64,000 nt of DNA, from positions 128,166 through 192,165 of the forward strand of contig JAKLGJ010000004.1 of the NCBI GenBank assembly GCA_022710715.1, written 5' to 3'. Positions 58,200 to 64,000 of this stretch are shown one piece after another. The translations under genes and the position numbers were made by a program. The first letter of the stretch is position 1, and each line of letters starts with the position of its first letter. This DNA comes from Candidatus Omnitrophota bacterium. Its GTDB lineage: Bacteria; Omnitrophota; Gorgyraeia; Gygaellales; Profunditerraquicolaceae. The notes below the pieces were generated by a model. The model made no database searches, had not been told where the DNA came from, and saw only the letters and a program-made list of their open reading frames with translations.

Positions 58200-59363
58200 G
58201 TGGAAAAGTTCTTTTTTACGTCGGAGTCCGTAACTGAAGGTCATCCGGATAAAGTGTGCGATCAGATTTCCGACTCGGTGCTGGATGAAGTTCTGAAAAA
58301 CGACCCCGCCGGCCGCGTGGCCTGCGAGACCTACGTGACCATGGGATTGCTGATCGTCGGCGGCGAGATCACCACGCACACGTACGTCGACATTCATAAG
58401 CTCGCGCGCAACGTGATCAAGGAGATCGGCTATACCCATCCCAAATACGGGTTCGATTACCAGACCTGCGCTATCGTCAATACCATTCACAGCCAGTCGC
58501 CGGATATCGCGATGGGCGTGGACACCGGCGGCGCCGGGGACCAGGGTATCATGTTCGGTTACGCCTGCAAAGAAACCAAAGACTACATGCCGCTGCCCAT
58601 CTCCCTGGCGCACGGTTTGAGCAAGCGGTTGAGTGAAGTGCGCAAAAAAGGCATTTTGAAATATCTCGGCCCGGACGGCAAGTCCCAGGTGACCATGGAA
58701 TATCATAACAGCAAACCGGTGAGAGTGGATTCGGTGGTGCTTGCCTCGCAGCATACCTCCGAGATACTGGATAAGACCGGCGAACACATTACCGCCAAGG
58801 CGCGTAAAGAGTTGATCGACGTTGTCGCCAAGGAGGTGTTGAAGGGCTGGATCGATAAAGACACCAAGTATTATGTCAACCAGACCGGGAAGTTCCTGAT
58901 CGGCGGACCGCAGTCGGACACCGGTATGACCGGGCGCAAGATCATCGTGGATACCTACGGCGGTTCAGTGCCTCACGGCGGCGGCGCGTTCTCGGGAAAA
59001 GATCCGACCAAAGTCGACCGGTCCGCGGCCTACATGTCGCGTTACATCGCCAAGAATCTGGTTGCCGCGGGCGTGGCTGACCGGTGCTGCATCCAGCTGT
59101 CCTATGTCATCGGCTATGCCGATCCGCTGTCGATCTTCGTGGATACCTTCGGCACCGGCAAACTGCATGAGGCCCAGATCGTCAAGCTGATCCGGGATAA
59201 CTTCAAACTGACGCCCAAGGGTATTATCGAATCCCTGAATCTGCTGCGTCCGATTTACCGGAAAACCGCCGCCTACGGCCATTTCGGCAGGCCCGATCCG
59301 GAGTTTACCTGGGAAGCTTTGGATAAAGTCGACGCGCTGAAGAAACAGGCGTCGCGGCTGTAG
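58200..59363 (+). CDS. metK: S-adenosylmethionine synthetase
   Basis: [39 protein letters not shown] and a length of 387 aa. Confidence 0.95.
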   Translation: MEKFFFTSESVTEGHPDKVCDQISDSVLDEVLKNDPAGRVACETYVTMGLLIVGGEITTHTYVDIHKLARNVIKEIGYTHPKYGFDYQTCAIVNTIHSQSPDIAMGVDTGGAGDQGIMFGYACKETKDYMPLPISLAHGLSKRLSEVRKKGILKYLGPDGKSQVTMEYHNSKPVRVDSVVLASQHTSEILDKTGEHITAKARKELIDVVAKEVLKGWIDKDTKYYVNQTGKFLIGGPQSDTGMTGRKIIVDTYGGSVPHGGGAFSGKDPTKVDRSAAYMSRYIAKNLVAAGVADRCCIQLSYVIGYADPLSIFVDTFGTGKLHEAQIVKLIRDNFKLTPKGIIESLNLLRPIYRKTAAYGHFGRPDPEFTWEALDKVDALKKQASRL

Positions 59364-59367
59364 CCCA

Positions 59368-59605
59368 CGGGGGCTACACTTGCGCATATTCCGATTGCGC
59401 AAGGTGTAAACGGGGGCTACACTTGCGCATATTCCGATTGCGCAAGGTGTAAACGGGGGCTACACTTGCGCACATTCCGATTGCGCAAGGTGTTAACGGG
59501 GGCTACACTTGCGCACATTCCGATTGCGCAAGGTGTTAACGGGGGCTACACTTGCGCACATTCCGATTGCGCAAGGTGTTAACGTAGGCTACACTTGCGC
59601 AATTC
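59368..59605. repeat. Tandem array of 43-bp units (5 complete and 1 degenerate copy), each with the palindrome CTTGCGCA-N9-TGCGCAAG
   Basis: Copies start at 59368, 59411, 59454, 59497 and 59540, with a degenerate copy at 59583. Two sequence variants occur (copies 1-2 versus 3-5, differing at two positions). All three reading frames contain stops on both strands, so the array is non-coding. Confidence 0.9.
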
Positions 59606-59621
59606 TCCCCGGCAAAGGGGA

Positions 59622-59651
59622 TGCCGGCCCGATTCCAATCCGGGCCGGGCA
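59622..59651. other. Strong GC hairpin (8 G:C pairs, 9-nt loop ATTCCAATC) between the repeat array and ahcY
   Basis: tGCCGGCCCG-attccaatc-CGGGCCGGgca. Its loop resembles the loops of the repeat-unit hairpins (ATTCCGAT). No U-tract follows, and the ahcY RBS and start lie 40 nt downstream. Confidence 0.5.
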
Positions 59652-59689
59652 CAATCTGCGCAAGGTGTACAATACTTAAGGAGTTGATA

Positions 59690-60949
59690 ATGAACTATCA
59701 TGTTAAGGATATAAAGCTGGCGAAGAAGGGGGCTTTACGTATTGAATGGGCCCGCAACAATATGCCGGTTCTGGGATTGGTCGGCGCGCGGTTCAAAAAA
59801 GAGCAGCCGCTCAAAGGATTGAAACTGGCTGCCTGTCTGCACGTGACCACCGAGACCGCGGTGTTGATGGAAGTACTCAAGGCCGGCGGCGCGCAGTTGT
59901 CTTTATGCGCCTCCAACCCGCTTTCCACCCAGGATGACGTGGCTGCGTCCCTGGCGGTCAATTTGAAAATACCGGTGTTCGCCATCAAGGGCGAAGATAC
60001 CAAGACGTATTACAGCCATATCAAGTCGGCTCTGTCTTTTCAGCCGGATATGACCATGGACGACGGCGCGGACCTGGTTTCGACCATCCACCAGAATTTC
60101 TCGGTGTACGGACGCAAAGAGATTATCGGCGGGACCGAAGAAACGACTACCGGCGTGATCAGGCTGCGGGCGCTGGCAGCGCAGCGCAAGCTGCGCTATC
60201 CGGTGATCGCGGTGAATGACGCGATGACCAAGCACATGTTCGATAACCGCTACGGTACCGGACAATCGACGCTCGACGGGATCATTCGCGCCACCAACAA
60301 GCTTATCGCCGGTTCGAATTTCGTGGTCTGCGGCTACGGCTGGTGCGGCCGGGGCGCGGCTATGCGCGCGCGCGGCATGGGCGCCAATGTTATCGTGGTG
60401 GAAGTCGATCCCCTGAAGGGGCTGGAAGCCGTGATGGACGGTTTGCAGGTCATGCCGATCAGGGACGCGGCGCGCATCGGCGACATTTTCGTGACCGTGA
60501 CCGGCGATATCAACGTGATACGCGGCGAGCATTTCGTGCTGATGAAAGAGGGCGCGATCGTCTGCAATTCCGGCCATTTCAACGCGGAGCTGGAGATCCC
60601 GGCTCTGGAAAAACTCAAGAAATCAAAGCGCGTGATCCGCGATTTCGTGGAGGAATATACGCTCAAGAACGGACGCAGGATCAACCTGCTGGGCGAAGGC
60701 CGTTTGATCAACCTGGCCGCGGCAGAAGGTCATCCGGCGTCGGTTATGGATATGTCGTTCTGCAACCAGGCGCTGGGCGCCGAATACCTGCGCCAGCATT
60801 ACAAAGAACTGCAGAAAACCGTGTATAAGGTGCCGGATCCGATCGACCACGAGATCGCCCGTTTGAAATTGAAATCGATGGGCGTCAGGATCGACACGTT
60901 GACCGAAGAACAGAAGCGGTATCTCTCGAGCTGGGAGATGGGGACCTGA
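59690..60949 (+). CDS. ahcY: Adenosylhomocysteinase
   Basis: [14 protein letters not shown], the NAD-binding motif [10 protein letters not shown] and HPASVMD. 419 aa from ATG 59690, which follows the RBS aaggag. Confidence 0.95.
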   Translation: MNYHVKDIKLAKKGALRIEWARNNMPVLGLVGARFKKEQPLKGLKLAACLHVTTETAVLMEVLKAGGAQLSLCASNPLSTQDDVAASLAVNLKIPVFAIKGEDTKTYYSHIKSALSFQPDMTMDDGADLVSTIHQNFSVYGRKEIIGGTEETTTGVIRLRALAAQRKLRYPVIAVNDAMTKHMFDNRYGTGQSTLDGIIRATNKLIAGSNFVVCGYGWCGRGAAMRARGMGANVIVVEVDPLKGLEAVMDGLQVMPIRDAARIGDIFVTVTGDINVIRGEHFVLMKEGAIVCNSGHFNAELEIPALEKLKKSKRVIRDFVEEYTLKNGRRINLLGEGRLINLAAAEGHPASVMDMSFCNQALGAEYLRQHYKELQKTVYKVPDPIDHEIARLKLKSMGVRIDTLTEEQKRYLSSWEMGT

Positions 60950-60973
60950 TTTTGCACAAACCGGAGGAGAAGA

Positions 60974-62656
60974 ATGAAGCACGCTAAAAGAGCGGTTTTA
61001 GTAGTGGCTTTCATGCTGTCCGTAAGCGCAGTCTCTTTTGCTGCCGATATCGTTGCTGATTCCCGGATCGCCAGGATCACGGCCTATCCGGATTCCGCGA
61101 TGATCAGCCGTCAGGCCGCAGTCAAGCTTTCTCCTCAAGATACCAGGGTCATATTCGCCGATATCATTCCCGAGATAGATGAAGCGTCTCTCAAGGCGTC
61201 GGTAGCGGCTGCCGGCGTTAAACTGCTGGGCGTAACGCTGCGGCGCCAGTATCTCGAAGAAGTCCCTTCGGACCGGATACAGAAACTTAAAGATCAGCTC
61301 CAGCAGCTGGAAGACGACGGCCGCAGGCTGCAGGATACCAAGAATGTCCTGCGTGAAGAGAAGATGTTCCTGGATGCGCTGCGGGTATTTTCCCAGGCGC
61401 AACTGCCCAAGGATCTGGTGACCAAGGTGCCCGCTCCGGCAGAAATCGACGGATTGTATAAATTCCTCGATGTCCGGCTGCGCGAGAATTACTCCGCGGT
61501 AATGGATATCGAGTTGAAAGAACGGGAATTGCACAACCAGATCGAAGCGGTGCGCCGGCAACTGGCGGAAATCGCCGGACCGGTGAAAAAACAGAAGCGG
61601 TTTATCGAAGTGGAGCTGCAGTCGGGACAGTCCGTTTCCACCGAGATCACGGTTTCGTACCTGGTGCGCGGCGTTTCCTGGGAGGCGAGCTACGATGCGC
61701 GCGCGGATTTCGAGAAGCAGGAAGTCGAACTGGTCTTATACGGTTTGATCCGCCAGAATACCGGAGAGGATTGGACCAACGTGGAGATGAATCTTTCCAC
61801 GGCCCGGCCCACGGTGGGCGGGAATATGCCTTATGTGGAGCCCTGGATACTGCGTCCCTTCCAGCCGCAGGTGTATCGCGAAAGGAAGATGTCCAAGCTT
61901 GCCGGCGCAGTGCAGTCCATGGCCTTCAAAGAGGAAAATGACGCGGTCATGGATAGGGAGGGTCTGGGAATGCCGACCGAAGCGCCGGTGTACGCTACCG
62001 CGCAGGAAAAGGGCGTGGCGGTGATCTATTCCATCCCGCGCGCCATTTCGGTCAAAGCCGACGGAGCGGAAGTCAAGATACCCGTTTCCGCGCAGATGCT
62101 CAAAGCCGTTTTTACCTATTCCACGTATCCGCGCGCAGTGCCGCTGGCTTTCCTGGGCAGCAGGGTAACCAATGCCAGGGACCTGCAGTTGTTACCCGGG
62201 AGGGTGAACATTTTCCTGGACGGCGATTTTGTCGGCGCCTCCAGCCTGGGCGGTATAGGTCCCGGCGAAGAATTTGATTTATATCTGGGGTCGGACGAGA
62301 ACGTCAAGGTAAAACGCGATCAGGTGGAGAAGAAAGTCGACCAGACTCTCATCGGCACTATCGCTTCGCCGAACAGGCAGACCGTGCTTAAATACAAACT
62401 CGGGGTCGAGAATTATAAATCCCGGAAGATCAAGGTTAAACTGTTCGAAGCCATGCCGGTGCCCGAAGATGACCGCATTAAAGTGAAGATGAACCAGGTC
62501 AGCCTTGAGCCTAAAGTCAAGGACTGGGAGAATCGCAAGGGCGTCTGGCTCTGGGAGTTCGATCTGGAGCCGAAAGCCAAACAGGAAATTTTCTATAGTT
62601 TTACCGTGGATCATCCCAGGGAAATGCAGGTGGAGGGGATGTCGTATGGCAATTAA
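60974..62656 (+). CDS. Secreted DUF4139/DUF4140 (mucoidy-inhibitor MuiA-like) family protein
   Basis: Signal peptide, a central coiled coil and the C-terminal motif ...NTGEDWTNVEMNLSTARP typical of the DUF4139 family. The family is recalled from memory. Confidence 0.65.
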   Translation: MKHAKRAVLVVAFMLSVSAVSFAADIVADSRIARITAYPDSAMISRQAAVKLSPQDTRVIFADIIPEIDEASLKASVAAAGVKLLGVTLRRQYLEEVPSDRIQKLKDQLQQLEDDGRRLQDTKNVLREEKMFLDALRVFSQAQLPKDLVTKVPAPAEIDGLYKFLDVRLRENYSAVMDIELKERELHNQIEAVRRQLAEIAGPVKKQKRFIEVELQSGQSVSTEITVSYLVRGVSWEASYDARADFEKQEVELVLYGLIRQNTGEDWTNVEMNLSTARPTVGGNMPYVEPWILRPFQPQVYRERKMSKLAGAVQSMAFKEENDAVMDREGLGMPTEAPVYATAQEKGVAVIYSIPRAISVKADGAEVKIPVSAQMLKAVFTYSTYPRAVPLAFLGSRVTNARDLQLLPGRVNIFLDGDFVGASSLGGIGPGEEFDLYLGSDENVKVKRDQVEKKVDQTLIGTIASPNRQTVLKYKLGVENYKSRKIKVKLFEAMPVPEDDRIKVKMNQVSLEPKVKDWENRKGVWLWEFDLEPKAKQEIFYSFTVDHPREMQVEGMSYGN

Positions 62657-63611
62657 GCGCATCGGTGTTTTGACCAGCGGCGGCGATGCGCCGGGAATGA
62701 ACGCGGCGATACGCAGCATTGTCCGTTACGCTAATCGCACCAATCTCGAGATAATGGGGATTTTCCGGGGGTACGCCGGCCTGTTGAATGAAGAGCTGAA
62801 GGTGCTCGATCACCGTTCAGTATCGAATATCATCGGAAGAGGCGGGACGATTTTAAAGACCGCGCGCTGTCCGGAATTCCTTACCCAGGAAGGGCAGGCT
62901 CGCGGGGTCGAGGTGCTGAAAAAATACGGCATTGAAGGTCTGGTGGTTATCGGGGGCGACGGCACGTATCGCGGCGCGATCGCCTTGAGCCGTCGCTGGG
63001 GTATCCCCTGCGTGGGAGTGCCGGGGACTATCGATAACGATCTCAACGGCACGGATTCTACCATCGGTTCGGATACGGCGGTGAATACCGCGCTGGAAGC
63101 TATCGACAAGATCCGCGATACCGTCACCTCCATGGAGCGAATATTTGTGGTGGAAGTCATGGGCCGCGGCTCCGGATATATTGCGCTGCAGGTTGCTTTA
63201 GCCGGCGGCGCCGAGGATGTCTTGATTCCCGAACGCCAGTTCGATATGCACCGGATGTGCCACGACATCGTTGAGGGCAATCTGCGCGGCAAGGTCAGCT
63301 GGATCGTGGTTGTCGCGGAGGGAGCTTCAAAAGCTGAAGATGTCGCCCGTCAGATCACCGATCTGACGTCGCTGGAAACGCGCGTGGCGGTGCTGGGCCA
63401 TGTGCAGCGCGGCGGCAGCCCTACGGCGCGCGACAGGAATCTGGCAAGCCTGCTGGGTATGGAAGCCGTGAAGCTGCTTGCGGACGGGCAGTCGGGCAAA
63501 GCACTCGGGGTCATCTCCGACAATATCAATGTGGTGGATCTGGAGTTCGCCATCACCAAGAAGGCGCTGGAAGCCGAATATGTGTATCGTGCAATGAAGA
63601 TGCTTATTTAA
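62646..63611 (+). CDS. pfkA: 6-phosphofructokinase
   Basis: IKRIGVLTSGGDAPGMNAAIR, GGDGT and MGR. Start ATG 62646 overlaps the upstream gene by 11 nt. Confidence 0.85.
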   Translation: MAIKRIGVLTSGGDAPGMNAAIRSIVRYANRTNLEIMGIFRGYAGLLNEELKVLDHRSVSNIIGRGGTILKTARCPEFLTQEGQARGVEVLKKYGIEGLVVIGGDGTYRGAIALSRRWGIPCVGVPGTIDNDLNGTDSTIGSDTAVNTALEAIDKIRDTVTSMERIFVVEVMGRGSGYIALQVALAGGAEDVLIPERQFDMHRMCHDIVEGNLRGKVSWIVVVAEGASKAEDVARQITDLTSLETRVAVLGHVQRGGSPTARDRNLASLLGMEAVKLLADGQSGKALGVISDNINVVDLEFAITKKALEAEYVYRAMKMLI

Positions 63612-63629
63612 CACCATAATCAAGAGGAG

Positions 63630-64000
63630 GAAACAGACAATGGGAAGAAGACCGCTGGATGTCGAAACGATAGTCAGGGATCTGGTCATGACCGACGATG
63701 CCGCAAAGAAGCAGCAGTTGGCCAAGAAGATCCTGGATATTGCGTATAAAAAGGGCGTGTATCCCGCGAGTATCCACGAGCTGTATATGGCCCGGGGCCG
63801 CGGCGAGTTCAAGGGATTTACCGTCCCGGCATGCAATCTGCGCAGTATGACCTATGACCTGGCGCGGGCGATGTTCCGGGTAGCCAAAAAGAATAACGCC
63901 GGAGCGTTCATCTTTGAGATCGCCAAATCCGAAATGGGATATACCGCGCAGCCGCCGGTGGAATATTCCGCGGTTATCCTGGGAGCGGCTATCAAGGAAG
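63630..64000 (+). CDS. Class II fructose-bisphosphate aldolase family protein (3' end outside the window)
   Basis: The segment GFTVPACNLRSMTYDLARAMFRVAKKNNAGAFIFEIAKSEMGY follows the pattern of the class II aldolase N-terminal region (xAVGxFN...ILGVSEG..RY). It lies directly after pfkA and has a ~50 aa N-terminal extension. Confidence 0.5.

Noticed and set aside
59368-59605. Whether the 43-bp repeat array is a CRISPR array.
   Set aside because: The units are directly adjacent with no unique spacers between them. There is no leader and no cas gene nearby. It is a plain tandem repeat.
59584-59689. An SAH riboswitch in the ahcY leader.
   Set aside because: I could not recognise the conserved SAH-riboswitch core (a GAGGAGCG...AGGCUCGG...AACGGCGCUC-type pseudoknot). 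Only simple hairpins are present. A covariance-model search would settle it.

Overview
This 64 kb window is a gene-dense, high-GC (about 60%) bacterial chromosomal segment. Almost everything is on the + strand; the only − strand genes are a polyprenyl synthase and rpmB. I found no integrase, transposase, phage gene or CRISPR array.

Most of the window is housekeeping:
- nusA (3' end), infB, trpS, scpA, ruvB, a SpoIID/LytB protein, queA
- a sensor histidine kinase and an atypical response regulator
- tgt, trmD, rplS, rnhB, yraN
- polA, glgA, coaE, rho, rpmE, prfA, prmC, murA
- a trp operon (trpG-D-C-F ... trpB-A), an M16 peptidase and a CNNM/CBS protein
- a small zinc-ribbon gene, rsfS, argS, recJ, rpmB (−), rpsB, tsf, pyrH, frr
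- three tRNAs (Lys-TTT, Leu-TAG, Gly-GCC)
- ptsN, yvcK, ptsH, ptsI, metK, ahcY, a DUF4139/MuiA-like secreted protein, pfkA and the start of a class II aldolase

Three things stand out:
- Wood-Ljungdahl pathway genes lie in two separate places. The first block holds an FchA-like cyclodeaminase, folD, then metF, a short FAD oxidoreductase, acsB and a PilZ protein. The last four are translationally coupled behind a near-consensus sigma70 promoter, and no CODH catalytic subunit (acsA/cooS) is adjacent. The second block is acsC, a RACo-type corrinoid activator, cooC/acsF, acsD and acsE in the Moorella order. It sits inside the tryptophan operon between trpF and trpB and is flanked by two uncharacterised secreted proteins.
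- Between metK and ahcY there is a non-coding array of five and a half identical 43-bp tandem units. Each unit carries an 8-bp perfect palindrome, and the array ends in a strong GC hairpin with a related loop. On the − strand all the loops expose GGA.
- Smaller oddities:
  - a perfect TTGACA-17-TATTAT promoter in an AT-rich island upstream of polA
  - rsfS lacks an in-frame canonical start codon
  - a REC plus zinc-ribbon response regulator
  - yvcK has an N-terminal membrane anchor
  - RF1 carries a P-E-T tripeptide motif

All calls are from reading the sequence and recalled family signatures. No database search was possible.
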